Shown here: positions 31,176-47,230 of the stretch, in pieces | How positions within the stretch are numbered: the first letter of the stretch is position 1 | Layout: every line of letters starts with the position of its first letter | Assembly: GCF_009914755.1 (NCBI RefSeq) | Contig: NC_060940.1 | Length of the DNA stretch: 64,000 nt | From: the human T2T-CHM13v2.0 reference genome, Homo sapiens | Reading direction: 5' to 3' (one strand) | Made by a program: the position numbers and the translations under genes | Notes under the pieces: generated by a model | Database searches by the model: none | Told to the model about the DNA's origin: nothing | The model's input: the letters and a program-made list of their open reading frames with translations, nothing else

Positions 31176-33189
31176 TAAAACAACAGAGACTATATAGATC
31201 TCAATATTTTGCTTCCAGATTTGTTTGTGGGAGAAAATAAAATAAATGTTTTGGTATTCTCTGCCATGAGCACAGCTTCTATTGCCAGCCAAGCAAAAAT
31301 GCTGGGAAGTATGTTATTCAAATTGGCACCCAAACACCCATACAAAGAAGAAACTCAGACAGGAGTAACTGAAACATCAACACAGCACAGGAGTGCACAC
31401 TCACAAACAACTGTGCAAGAGCATAAGCCTTAGAATCTTTCAAACCAGGGGTCAAACTTGGGGAATTTGCTTGGGGTCTGACCTTTCTCCTATTAAAATG
31501 GAGAAGATCATATTGTATATATTCTAGATCAAATGTAACAGTGTAGGTGTAACCCGGCTGAAATCATGACCCACAATTCCAGTCCAAAAGCCAGGTAACA
31601 AATGCCTCCAAAACCAGGTTTCTCCACTCATTAAAACACTGATCAAATGCCTAGTATGTTCCCGACATATTATTTTTAGTGTCTTAGCTGCAAAAATAAG
31701 TGCATAGCCCCTGCCATTCAGGAACTCAGTTTAATTATGTGGTAATAAATAAGGTACTTATTGTGCAAATGGCAATTTGTTTGTAGAGCCTGCCTTGGTA
31801 CTGGGCATTTATGTGGGCCGAGTGGCAAAGAGGCTGTAATTGATGAGAAATATCTATCAGGAACAGGCAAAGAGAGACATCTAGGAGAAGTAACTATCAT
31901 TAGGTCCATCAGTGAGGAAGCCCAGGGTAGGTTCATGGAATGGTCCACTTAACCACTGCATGCATCAAGAGGAAAGATAGAAAATCAATAGGACTGGATT
32001 ATGGAAATCCATGGATTTCACTTCAAAGGTTCTGGATTTTGTACTAAAAGCAGAATAATTCACTGAGGGATGAATCAAGAGATTGCTAGAGAGTGTCTCA
32101 AGTAAGAGAAGACCATGGGAAGTCTTCCCAGAATGAGCTTTACTATTTCACTTGGTTCAGTTGTGGGAGGTGGAACAGATGAAAGTGCCATATTGGAATA
32201 ACAGTTCTTTGGCCAGTCTCCCAGCATCCACCCATTGTCTATTTAGTCATGAGATAAGGTGCCCATGGAATTGGCATGGACGGGAACAAAAGAACTCCTC
32301 TCCATTTCAGGAGTTGTGAGACAAGGAGGGGCTGTGGTTCTGTCTTTCTGGAGATATGGGGCATCGTCTCCATGGAAGTAGAAGCTCCCAGAAAGTAAAT
32401 CACCATTCATGGGAGTTAAAACTAGTGCAAATGACCCATGCGGCATATTCACAAACACTGACACTCAAAAGATTGGAATCGTTTTCAAAAACGTGCCCGA
32501 GCTCAGAGTTGACAGATGCCCATAGAATGGAATTGAATCAAGACCAACCATGGAAATGAAACTAGCATTTGCCGAGGACTTGCTACTTGCCAGGCATTTG
32601 ACACATACCCTCACTGAATCGCGGCAGTGCCTAGAAAATCAGGCATTATCCTCACTTACAGATAAGGATCCTGGATTTCAGAGAGGTTAGGTGGCCTGCC
32701 TATGTACACTCAGTCGGAAAGCAGAAGAGTCCGGTCTAGAACCCAGGGCTCCATGTGACAGAAAGACTCCTCTCAATGGCTGGGACAAGATGGAGGCCAG
32801 GCATTCCAACGACCACCTGGCAAAGAAAAAGAACTTTCTCTTCACTAGCTTTAGTGTGAACCAAGGTGCTCTCAGGAAGGCTCCGATTAGCCCATCTTTG
32901 GTCACATGCTAGTCTGTAAAACAGTCACTGAAGCAGAGGGATGGCTATTGATTGGCCAGCCCGGGTCACATACCCACACCTGTAGGTTCCAGCAACCTGA
33001 TTGATAAGCCAATCAGGACCATGTCAAGCTGCAGAAGGATCCTTATAGGAAGTGATGCTGGATGGTTAAACCTATGTCCACTACAGCTACAGTATATGGA
33101 ATACTCATTGTGTACCAGACACTGTTTGAAGCCCCTGTAGAAATCACCACTGACACCCACCACATATTGTCTTGGTGCACCAGAGTTCA

Positions 33190-33632
33190 CCTGCAGCTAT
33201 AGACAGTTCCTGGCATGGGGACAGCTTTCCACATCAAGCACCTGCACTGGTCTTTCTACTGTGCCTGCAGGCTTCCTCCAACATCACAGGAGACGAATGC
33301 ATGGGGGTAACCCAGAGTTACTGTGGTGGGGGGCAGGGCGTAGCTTCAACCAGTGGAAGATGGCAGCCAGTGGATAAATGCCAAGATTTCCCACCTTCTA
33401 GTCGCATGATTTGAAGGTGTGTTCCACACAGTAGCTCAAAGGGCCCCTTGGCAGGATGAAATGCAAATTTCCCACAATGGCAACTCAGTCAACAGCATGC
33501 CCCTTACTGGCTTTTCTTCCTTCCTTGTCTCATTCTCCCACTCCTGCTCCTGCTTTCTGAGATCACATTCCCAATAAACCATTTCCACCCAAGTCCTTGT
33601 CTTGAGGGATACTATTGTGGAACCCAAGTAAA
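33190..33632 (+). mobile_element. ERVL LTR (LTR16-like)
   Basis: cttactggcttttcttccttcc...ccaataaacc...caagtccttgtcttgagg. Confidence 0.55.
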
Positions 33633-34509
33633 AGCATTTTACATGTCTTAACTTGCCAACTACACCCAGAAAAAACCCTATAAAGTAAGTGATGCTATTT
33701 CCATTTAACTGATGACAAAATGAAGCACAGAAAAGTAAAATAAAGTGCCCAAAACTACACAGCTAGCAACTGAGTTTCCAGAATTAGGGCTTAGAAACCA
33801 AGCCAAGTTCTCTCTAATGTCCAAGTCACTGAAAACATGCATTACTGCTTAAGCTGGAAAAAATTATTCAACAGCTAAGCTAGTGTCATAATTAAATTGA
33901 CTTCTGGGACCAGCCCTTCACAGTATTTCAAAAGCCTGAGGGAGTGAGAAGGGATTATTGCTGTTTTCCTGATCCTGGAGAACTCTATCCAAGGCCAACA
34001 GGAGAGGACCCAGCAGCAGTGATGAATTAATGGGCTATGCTGGGAAAAAGGGAATCAGACCAGCCCCAAGAATCACAATACATTTGTTCTCTTCATCCTT
34101 TGCTAAAACAAACAAAATATCAATTTACTGAGCCCAGGCTGCTGCTCAGGCTGACCGCGGATGTTAAGAGCTGTTCTGCTTGTCTTTGTTTGGAGGCAGA
34201 AGTTTAATTATCCCAATGGTCCTTTGAGATTAATCAACTAGCAATGAAGGAAGTCAGTCTATCATTAAATTGCACTTAGATAATTTAATTATTAACTAGA
34301 TAAATTCAGAGTGTATTTTTAAAACTCCCATTCTTACTCAGGACCTCTCGTTCTCTCTCTCACTCTCCCTCCTAATGTTAATATTATGAAAGAGACTTGA
34401 TTCAGTTCTACAAATATTACTAAGCCTTGGCTATGTGTATGGCCCTGTTTTGCATGTTGTGAAGAAGTTAAACACAGCCTGGCCACTGCTGGCAAAAAGC
34501 CCATGGTTG

Positions 34510-34841
<332 letters not shown>

Positions 34842-35463
34842 TCAATCACCAGGAAAAAGCTAGAAGCATAAAGAGAAGAGATGCATGGGGCTTGGGGGCG
34901 CAACAGTGGAAAAGGTGGTGTTTGGATAGAGGATAAAGAAGCTCTATGGAATGGAGGTGGGATGGACACTCTTGGTTTTGCCTGCCAAATTTGGCTCATA
35001 GTTCTGTGGTCAAAACTAGAGACTCTGAAGACAGATGGCCTGGGTTTGAATCCTGACCAGCTGTATAGTTACTAGCTGGATGACCTTGACCAAGTTATTT
35101 GATCTCTGGACCTTTGCTGGCTCCTCTGTAGCAGGGTATGATGATGCTGAAGTGTTATCAGGTTATGGTGTATATTAAATGAGTCAGTAGGTGTAAGATG
35201 CTTATGTGAGTGCCTGGTACATAAGCAACTGTAATTGTGATGTGTTTTGTCCATTGCCCCTGATTTTCCTCTGGGGAAAGACCCACCCTTTATATATTGT
35301 GTTGGGGTTTCTGTAAATCAACGTGCCTAGCCCTTGCTTACTCAAGTGAGGCTCATGACCCAGGGAAGGTCAAATGAATGTTCTAGTAATTTGAAGTTTA
35401 AGAAGAGAGATGCAAACACAGACAAATAGGGTAGAGCTCATTCATTCTAAAGACAACGTCCTT

Positions 35464-35781
<318 letters not shown>

Positions 35782-36499
35782 GTGCCCTAAAGATACTCTC
35801 CATGAATTCCTGATACCCAGATCCCCAAAGCTGCTTAAGTTTCTATTTTTCTCTGAGACCAGAAGTTTTAAAATTGGATTCTGTGAGCTTAAGTTAGCCA
35901 GACCTGATTTCTGTTACATGCAACCGAAGAACCCTATCTGATAAAAAGAGAGCCTTTGAACTGGGTCTTGAATCATGTGCCAGGGTTATAACTCAGATGG
36001 TTCCACTTCCCGGTTACATCCATATAAAAAGCACATTTATTTTAAAAAGATCAGGACACATAGCTGGCAAAGGATTTTTATCGCACATCAGTGACAAGAG
36101 CAGCCTAAGAGAGTATGAATGCCAAACTATAGTCATTCCTGAAACAGTCCAGATTTTTCATTAAGACGTAATGGTCAAATATTTGAAGTACAAAAAAATA
36201 TAGCCAACATATTCATGGATCAAGAGCAGTATTTGCCAAATTTCAATTTTTTGTGTACCACTTTGTGATTTTTGCCATACCTAGGTCCCGGGTATCACTA
36301 ATATTTTTTAATATTATATATGTAGATATATATACACACATGCACGTATACACACCTCCCCCTCAACACATACCCCATTACATCATTAATGCTTCTCTTT
36401 AAATCCACCTACTTTTAAAGTCATATAAATGTATTTTTAAATTATATTACTACCATAAATGGAAAATAAATACTGTCCATGAATAGAAAGCAATTATAA

Positions 36500-37520
36500 G
36501 CATTAATACCATGGAGCAAGGTTAGGGAGTCCCACTGGTCAAATATGGAGCAATTTCAGCACAAAATAAATACATAGTAGATCATAACCCACGAATAAAA
36601 TAAAAACCCATGAGCCCAGCAATAACTAATATTCAACTGTAGTCAAATGCCAACAAATAAATACAAACAAAATGGAGTTAGAAAATCAAGTCGTTGGTGA
36701 AAGTTTAATGAGTAGCAGGTTTTCCTTGCCTCAAATGTTTCCCCACAAATTACCAATTAATTACAAAGTGAAAATTGATAACTTTATTGTTGAGAAGCCC
36801 AGCAGGCTACATCTTAACCAAGGGATCAAAGGTGACACCACCAATGTGAACCAGCCGACACTACTTGCTTCCTAATAGTATGCACTGAGAGGGACACAAC
36901 ATCACTTCCTTAATATCCACGCCAAAATATGCACAACTAAATTTATTCAGGAAAAAACATCAGGCAAACCCAATCTGAGGAACATTCTAAGAAAATAATC
37001 CCAGAAAATGGCCTGTACTCCTCAAACATGGCAAAATCAAAAGGGCCAAAAAAAAGGCTAAAGAACTGTTACAAATTTAAAGAGTCCAAATAGTAGACAA
37101 GACAGCTAAATACAATGTGTGATCCTGGACTGAATTCTGGAGTGAGGCAGTAGCAGTTGGGGGGAACTTATACAGAACATTATCAGGACAATTGATGAAA
37201 TTTGCATATGCACTAGATTAGAGCGCAGCGTTGCATCAATATCATGTTTCCTGATTTTGATTATTGCATTGTGTGTATATGAGAGAACGTCTTAGGAATT
37301 ACACACTTGAGTACTTAGGTGTAAAGGAGACTGATGTTGAATGTTGAAGACAACATTCATTTTCTCAGGGTTCCAAAATAAATACGCATCAAGAGACAGA
37401 ATGAAGATTATAAAACAAACGGGGCAAAATGTAGTCAGGTGAATCTGGATATAGGATAAAAAAATTCCTTATATAATTTTTGCAACTTTTCAATAAGCTA
37501 GAAATCATAATAAAAAGTTA
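36500..37520 (+). mobile_element. L1MC-type 3' region
   Basis: caggcaaacccaatctgagg...gtgtgatcctggactgaattctgg...tttcctgattttgatt. Confidence 0.7.
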
Positions 37521-37591
37521 CCAAAAATCACTAACAAAATTAATATCATAAAACATGTTATTAGAGTTGTCGACGAAAAAAATCTAACTTT

Positions 37592-38139
37592 TGTCAGATA
37601 CAGTGAGTTCTGCTTCAAAGCTTTAGTTTTTGACCTCTTTGTTCTTCATTCTCAAGATCAGCTTTTCCTTGTCCCTTCTCCTAAGCTACCTGCTCTTTAA
37701 ATATCTCTTGCCAGTCCCAATCTGTAATTCACATCTCCGTTGTTTGGAAAGAGTCCTCTTTGCTCCTGGCTACCCATTCTGTAAGCTGCCCCTCCTGCCT
37801 AAACAGCTCTTCCTGCCTTTGCCGTGCCCTGACATGCCCAAACATGCCTTGTACCATAATGGACAGCCTCTCCCTTCCCATCTAATTAGCCATATTCAAT
37901 TTTAAACTGTAGCCAATCGGTTCAGTTTAGATTGTCCAGTCCAACTCCAACCAACGGGGACAGGACACAGAAGGAGGGACTAACCACATTAGGGATAAAA
38001 ACCCCTTCCCTATTTTGTGGGGTATGCCCTCCCAGCAACCAGAAGTGTAAGCAGCACCCTTCTGCAGAAGTAAATCTGGCTTGCTGAGAAATCCTTTGAC
38101 TGCTGGTTTCCTTCCAACTCCAAGCTCTTGTTTCTAACG
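37592..38139 (+). mobile_element. LTR10-family solo LTR (copy 1)
   Basis: tgtcagatacagtgagttc...cagcacccttctgcagaagtaaa...tttctaac; flanked by cttt on both sides. Confidence 0.8.
37830..37849 (+). promoter_or_regulatory. p53 response element in LTR10
   Basis: TGACATGCCC AAACATGCCT, 19/20 match to (RRRCWWGYYY)x2 with no spacer. Confidence 0.75.
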
Positions 38140-39741
38140 CTTTGTAAAATATTTGAAGAGATTTATTCTGAGCCAAATATGAGTGACCATGGCCCAAGAC
38201 ACAGCCGTCAGGAGGTCCTGAGAACTTATGTACAAGGTGGTTGGGGTGCAGCTTGGTTTTATATATTTTAGGGAGGCACGAGACATCAATCGAATATATT
38301 TGAGGAATACATTTGTTTGGTCCAAGAAAGGCTGTACAAAGTGAGGGGGCTTCCAGGCTGTATGTAAATTTAAACGTTTTCTGGTTGACAATTGGTCAAG
38401 TTTGTCTAAAGACCTGGAATCAATAGAAAGGAAAAGTTCAGGTTAAGATAAAAGACTGTGGAGACCAAGGTTCTTTTGAAGTCTCATAGTGGCTGCCCTT
38501 AGAGACAATAGATGTAAATGTTTCCTACTCAAGACCTTTAAAAGGTGCTAGACTCTCAGTTAATCTCTTTGGGATTGGGAGGGCTTGAAAGAAAAAGATG
38601 TAGCTATGTTAAGAGATTCTTTACAGATGTAAATTTTCCCACACAAAGGACAGCTTTGCAGGGCGATTTCAAGAGATGGGAAAGAAACATGTTTTGGGGT
38701 AAAATATTTTGATTTTCTTCTTTGTCACATAATGTTATGCCAGAGTCAGATTGGAATGTGAGTCATGATATATAGGGTTAAATAAAACCCATCTGATGAG
38801 AATTTATGGTTTGCAGGGCAGGACTTCCCAGACCCCTTAGATATTTGGGCAAGATAAGAAAAAAAAAAAAAAAAATCAGACCTTAATCCCCAGTGGCAAG
38901 TTAAAAACTATTGCCCATCAAATTCTCTAATACTGGAGACCAGTTTCTTAATAAAAAAGAAAGAGGCACATTTTAGAAAGATTTTAAAAGGCATACCACC
39001 ATCAAGATAAAAAACTACCTCGATACTATAATCAAGGTTTGGAGAGCATTGGAAAAGAAAAAGCATTTCCCCCAGTGTGATCCAAAGCTCTTTAATGTAT
39101 GTGCGCCAGTGGTAAGAGCATTCAACCTGGGGAAACCTTCTCTCAAGCAAATGAGGCTTGCAGAAACTTTGACCCATTGAGTAGCTAAAACCAGGGAAGG
39201 CGGTAGGACAGAGCAGCCTGACATTTTTGCACAGCTCTTGGCTGAGAAGATGTGCCAGTATGTTAAATTTAATACACTGGTTTTGCCTGTTAGAAATCCA
39301 CTTTGCTCACAACAGTTTTGAAACAGACCTCACTTTTGGGTGGTGACAATATTGTCTGCAGCCAGGCGTTTCTATTTAAATGCTGGCTAAACCCAGCTTC
39401 AACAATGAGTCATCAGGAGAGAAGTTCTGTTCCCCACATCAGGAGACCCAGATGGAAAGAGAAACCATCTGCCCACCAATCCTGTAGTCTATATCCAGCT
39501 GCCAAGCATCTGCAGTCCCACAAATGAGATAGAACTCCCTGAAATGGCCCCCCCAAAATGGTCCCAGTACTTTAAAAGGGCTAAGCTTCAGTGCCACCAA
39601 CTACCAAAGCAACCTCCATTGAATTTTTAATGTGGTACTGAGAGAGTACTGGGAATCCCCAGTCATATTTATTTATCTGTTACCACCAGGAAGAATCCCT
39701 GCTAAGCAATCTTGATGGATTATTTCATTTAATCCTCTCAC

Positions 39742-40618
<877 letters not shown>

Positions 40619-41857
40619 TCACCACATGAGACTGTGCTTTTGTTTCATAGATGAAGAAACTGAGGCTAAGAAAAGTTAACCAACTCACCCTGGTTCTACA
40701 GCCAGCTACATGATACCAGGATTCAGATCCAAGCTGTATGCCTCCAGAAACTATGTTCTTGGCCACTATCAACCACTAAGCTGGGTTGCCCCAAGGAAAG
40801 TAAAAGAGGCAACCCACTTGGTGGGTTGCCAAGTGAAAAACAGAATATGCAGTTATATTGGAATTTCACACAAACAATGGGGGAACAATTTTTTAGTATA
40901 ATTATGTTCCAAATATAACATGATACATACTTATACCACAAAAGTTATTGTTTATCTGAAATTTCAATGTAACTGGGCATCCATCCAACCCGTATTTTTA
41001 AATCTGGAAACCTTATAGCAGGTAGGACCAAACCTATGCAACCCCTAGCTCAGAAGACATGTGGCTTGACTATTAGGCCACAAGAAGCAACTACAGCTTC
41101 AGAATCCAGGTCTTCTGTAAACCTTCCCAAATGTCTACGTGCCTAATAACCATCAGGTCATTTTTTAATTTTGGGGCATTGGTGGGATGGTGGTACGTGA
41201 GTTCTAGCAAGATGCCAGAGAATCCCACAAGGAATTATTATAAAGAACAAACAGGGATATCTGTGAGAAAAACCTACTGAAGCAGCATTGTTGTCTGGGG
41301 TAAAAACCGGGTTTGTCATCTCACTCCAAGAAAATTAAGGACACAGACACATGTGGATAGGTTAAGGAGTGGAAAGTTTAACACGCAAAAGAAAGGAGAG
41401 ATGAGAGCAGTTCCTTGTGAGAGAGATGCTAAGGAAAAAAAAAGTGGGGGAAAGGTGTGGACCGCAGCAGATTTTATAGGCAGGCTTGAGGAGGCAGTGT
41501 CTGATTTACATAGGGCTCACAGATTGGTTTGACCATATGTGATGTTTACATAGTATGGGGAAAAGGCTGGTCACCCCAACCTAATCTTATTATGCAAATG
41601 GGCTTTCCACTTGGCCAGGGCCATCTTGTCTGCTGCTTACTTCTACACGTGGCTAGCAAAAAAAGAAGATGGAGCTGCCATTTTGAACATGCCTATTCCC
41701 AAGTAGTATATTCCTATGGGCACAACTGTGGGCATTCACCCATGCAAGCTTCCAGCTTGCTTATGTCTGCAGCTTGATTTTACAGGATGTTCTTTGCTAG
41801 AAAGGAATATGATTTAGGGGCTGCTTTACATTAAAAGGGAAACCTTACCAAGGACTT

Positions 41858-42321
41858 TGCCAGAGATGATGAATTCCTCTTCAAAGGGTTAATTGTGTAA
41901 TGTCCTTGTCCTTGGTTTGGAGGCCTCATCTCCTTGTACTTTGTTTCTAGTCTGAGAGCAGCCCTCCTGCTCTTGTTGTGCCCTGACTTGCCCGGACACG
42001 TCTGAACATGCTTTGTGCTGTAGTAGAGGGACCACTACTGCCCCCTCCCTCCCTTGCGAATCACACATTTACCCTACTTGGAAAAGTTTAAGTCTTAGTC
42101 AGTCGGGGTCAGCTTAGATTATGCAGGCTAACCCTAGCCAATAGGGGAAGGACACAGGGATAGGGACTGCGTTAGGGATAAAAACTCCTTCTCTCCTTTG
42201 TTTGGTGTGCTCTTGCAGCTGCCAGAAGTATGAGCAGCACCCTTCTGCAGAAGTAAATTTGCCTTGCTGAGCAATCCTTTGAGTGCTCATTTTCCTTTCA
42301 ATTCTGAGCTCGTTTCTAACG
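41858..42321 (+). mobile_element. LTR10-family solo LTR (copy 2)
   Basis: 3' half aligns with copy 1 (tagggataaaaac, cccttctgcagaagtaaat, tttctaac); TSD gactt. Confidence 0.8.
41984..42013 (+). promoter_or_regulatory. Three tandem p53 half-sites in a second LTR10
   Basis: TGACTTGCCC GGACACGTCT GAACATGCTT; middle core is CACG rather than CWWG. Confidence 0.6.
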
Positions 42322-42396
42322 GACTTCCATACCTTCACTATCTAAGTAATTTCTTCTTAGCTCCTAAATCACAACAGTACTGGGTCCAAAGAGTGA

Positions 42397-42928
<532 letters not shown>

Positions 42929-43344
42929 TGATTCCCACCCCAGACAAACCAAACCAACAATTTTAGAGGAGCCAGAAAAACTGAACTTTAGTAAGATCCC
43001 CAAGAGGTTCTGATGCATCCTGAAGTTTAAAACCAACTGGACCAATCTTGAAAAGTAGATGCTAACTGAAAGAAGCCAAAGACAAAAGTTCACATATTCT
43101 CTAATTCCATTAATATGAAATATCCAGATTAGATTAGTCTATACAAACAATGGGTAGGTCGGGGATACAGGGAGGAGAAATGAGGAGTGACTGATAGATA
43201 TGGATTTCCTTTTAAGGAAATGAAAATGTCCTGGAATTTGATAGTAGTGTTGGTTGCACAACTCATAAATATAGTAAAAAAAAAAAAACCACGGGCTTGT
43301 ACACTTTGAAATGGTTAATTTTATGATAGTTCAATTACATCTTA

Positions 43345-44177
<833 letters not shown>

Positions 44178-44706
44178 CTACACTTACTTTCACCCTAAAG
44201 AACACCTGACTAAGTATCTATGAAACAGCCATTTAGAGGTGGACATCCATGTGAAATGCCATTTCCTCAAATTCACGGTCAATCTCTGCAATTGGCATAT
44301 GGATAAGAGGGCCCCTTGCGTTACAACCTTCAGCTGGGGAAGTGGTCTGCACAGACACTGACCTACCTAAATATATCCGCCTCCTGTAATCATGACCACT
44401 TCATGGTCATTTAACTCCTCTTTTTTCAAACAAAACTTCATGGCAAGTCCATCCCAAGTCAGGCAGAGAATTTAGCTACACTTAGTAAATATTTGCAGAT
44501 GTATTGATGAACTGAAGATTAAGTTCAAAGGTAAGGTATGCTTGCTTCATAGACACACAGCTCCAGCGCAGAGCATGACCCAGGATGTTAGAGTAGAAGA
44601 GGAAAATATGATGTGATGCAAGGAGACAGACCTGGGTTCAAACCCTGCCTTCATTTGTTCAACACGTTTTGCTTGTGCTCCAGCGATGTGACAGGCATTA
44701 GACTAA

Positions 44707-45495
44707 TGAAACGGAGGAGTTTTCCCTTATTCCTCCCTCAGGGCATGCAACAGGGGTGTGGCTCACTTCTTTGGTGCCCTGCTGCTCAAACCCCTAGGGG
44801 GAGCATACAGACGGGCAGGTTATAAGGAGTGTTTTTGGGCTCCCACCCCACAGCAGTGTCTGGGGCTCCCAAAGCCCCAGCGGATGTGTATTACAGTGAA
44901 CTCTGTCAGTTTTGCCGTCTGCAGGCAGCTTGTATTAATTGCTCAATTAGACCTTCTATCTTACCATAAGGAACAAACTAATACAGAGGTCTTTCTGTAT
45001 TCCAGGTGCTTGCCCTAAGTGTACCAGAAAAATTGGATGATACACGGGCTTAGAGGATGGGTGCAAGATTTTACTGAGTGGTGGAGGTAGCTCTCAGTGA
45101 AGTGGATGGGCAGCCAGAAGGGGGATGGAGTGGGAAGGTGATCTTCCCCGGGAGTCAGGCCGCCCAGGAGCTGGACTCTCCTTTGACTGTCCCGACTAAA
45201 TTCTACATTGTCCTGCCTCGACGGTCTGCCAGTGTCTGCTAGTGTATGTCATTGTGTTCTTCTGCTCTCTTTTCATATTTAGCTGCTTGTATCTGTGCCC
45301 ACTAGCGTCTCAGGTTTTTATGGGCACAGGTTGGGGTATGGCAGGCCAGAGTGGTTTTGGAAAATGCAACATTTGGGTGGAAAAACAGGAGTGCCTGTTC
45401 TCACTCAGGTCCATGGACACAAGCCCAAGAGTGGAGCCCTCACCAGGGACCCAGCCCTTCTCTACCTAGCATTTCCCTGCCCCCCTCCCGTATCA
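44707..45495 (-). mobile_element. ERV1 solo LTR (LTR1/LTR27/LTR28-like)
   Basis: TG...CA ends with perfect 4-bp TSD ctaa; minus strand starts tgatacgggaggggggcagggaaatgct. Confidence 0.8.
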
Positions 45496-46046
45496 CTAAG
45501 TATGGGCATGGTTGGGTATATGCCTCAATTTCTCTGGAGCTATGAGTAGAGTTTCTGCTGCTTAGCTGTGTGAAATGACCTTGGGTCATTTACAGAAGGT
45601 CTCTGGATTCGTTTTTTATTACTGCATAATAAGTTACCACAAACTTTGGGGCTTAAGGCAATGTACATTTACTATCTCATAGTTTCCATGGGTCAGCAAT
45701 CGGAACATCCCTTGGCTGTGCTGTTTGCCTGGGGTCTCACAATCCTGCAATGCTTTTGTCAGCAGGCTGTATTCCCTGCTGAAGCTCAGAGTCCTCTTCC
45801 ATGCTCACAGGGCATCTCACAGCATGGCAGCGTACTTCTCCCTTCATGGAAGGCCAGGACCCTTTTATAAAGGGCTCACGGTATTAGGCTAGGTCCATAC
45901 AGGATCATCTGTGAACTCAAAGCCAACAAATTTGGGACCTTTATTGTATACGCAGAATCAATCCCTTCACCTTGTCATATTTTACTGGTTTGAAGCAAAT
46001 CACAGGTTCCATGCAAACTCAAGGGAAGGAGATTCTATAAGGGTGT

Positions 46047-46922
46047 TGATATGGTTTGCCTGTGTCCCCACCCAAATCCCATCTTGAATTGTAACTCCCA
46101 CAATTGCCATGTGTTGTAGGACGAACCTGGTGAGAGGTGATTGAATTATGGGGGGGGGGGGGTCTTTCCTGCACTGTTCTCCTAATAGGGAATGAGTATC
46201 ACGAGATATGATGGTTTTAAAAAGAGGAGTTCCACTGCACAAGTTCTCTTATTTTGCTTGCTGCTAAGAGGTGAAGCCAGCTGGACTTCCTGGGTTGAGT
46301 GGAGACTTGGAGAACTTTTCTGTCTTACAAGAGGATTATAACATGCACCAATCAAGCACTCTGTAGCTAGGATTGTAAAACACACCAATCAGCGCTCTGT
46401 AGCTAGCTAGAGATTTGTAAAATGCAACAATCAGTGCTCTGTAAAAACGCACCAATCAGCACTCTGTAGCTAGCTAGAGGTTTGTAAAATGGACCAATCA
46501 GCACTCTGTAAAATGGACCAATCAGCAGGACATGGGTGAGGACAAATAAGGGAATAAAAGCTGGCCATCTCCTAGCCAGCAGCGGCAACCCGCTCGAGGT
46601 CCCCTTCCACGCCATGGAAGTTTTGTTCTTTCACTCTTCAGGATAAATCTTGCTGCTGCTCACTCTTTGGTTCCACACCACTTTTAAGAGCTGTAACACT
46701 CACTGCAAAAGTCCACAGCTTCATTCTTGAAGTCAGTGAGACCACGAACCCACCAGAAGGAACCAACTCTGGACACAATGCCATCCACGTAAGACATGAC
46801 TTGCTCCTCATTGTTTTCCACCATGATGGTGAGGCTTCCCAGCCACGTGAAACTGCAAGTCCAATTAATCCTCTTTCTTAAGACTTGGGTATGTCTTTAT
46901 GAGCAGTGTGAAAAATAATACA
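46047..46922 (+). mobile_element. THE1/MST MaLR LTR split by LTR12
   Basis: tgatatggtttgcctgtgtccccacccaaat...aataca; perfect 5-bp TSD ggtgt. Confidence 0.88.
46265..46777 (+). mobile_element. LTR12-family (ERV9; LTR12F-like) solo LTR
   Basis: agaggtgaagccagctggacttcctggg, tandem accaatcagc repeats, end ctctggacaca. Confidence 0.9.
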
Positions 46923-47043
46923 GGTGTAGATACTAGGGGGTGGGAGGGCAGGGTAATCAACTTCAAGTTCTGCCTATCATACTCTGTAAGTATCAGTTCC
47001 TTTCATCGTACTTTGATATTGTTCATGGTAATAGTACTGCTAA

Positions 47044-47230
47044 TGGTACCAAATATTTTCTTTTAATGACAGACCTTCTTAGAGCCTTTCCTCACTAGTA
47101 GCTGCCCTGTGACCTTCCGAGATGAGTTCTAATACTCAGTTCCCATGGAGGCTTTTATCAGAATTCTGGGGAACACACTCTGGGGAACCCTGACCTAGGA
47201 TCATCTAGTCCAGTGGAGGTTTTTCTCATT
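47044..47230 (-). repeat. Inverted repeat, arm B
   Basis: Reverse complement ...gaactgagtattagaactcatctcggaaggtcacagggcagctactag... matches arm A. Confidence 0.9.

Larger units (their letters stand above)
37568..38893 (-). mobile_element. MER4-family ERV1 LTR, interrupted by LTR10
   Basis: tgtcgacgaaaa...tgtaaaatatttgaagagatttattctgagccaaatatgagtgacca. Confidence 0.8.
41278..42371 (-). mobile_element. LTR9B-like ERV1 LTR, interrupted by LTR10
   Basis: Minus strand starts tgatttaggagctaagaagaaattactta and ends ...ccccagacaacaatgctgcttca. Confidence 0.75.
45612..46980 (-). mobile_element. MaLR MLT1 LTR split by THE1
   Basis: actgcataataagttaccacaaactt...; resumes after 46922. Confidence 0.65.

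Noticed and set aside
46340-46530. Regularly spaced accaatcagc repeats resembling a CRISPR-like array
   Set aside because: These are the intrinsic tandem enhancer repeats of LTR12 in eukaryotic DNA; there are no unique spacers or cas genes.
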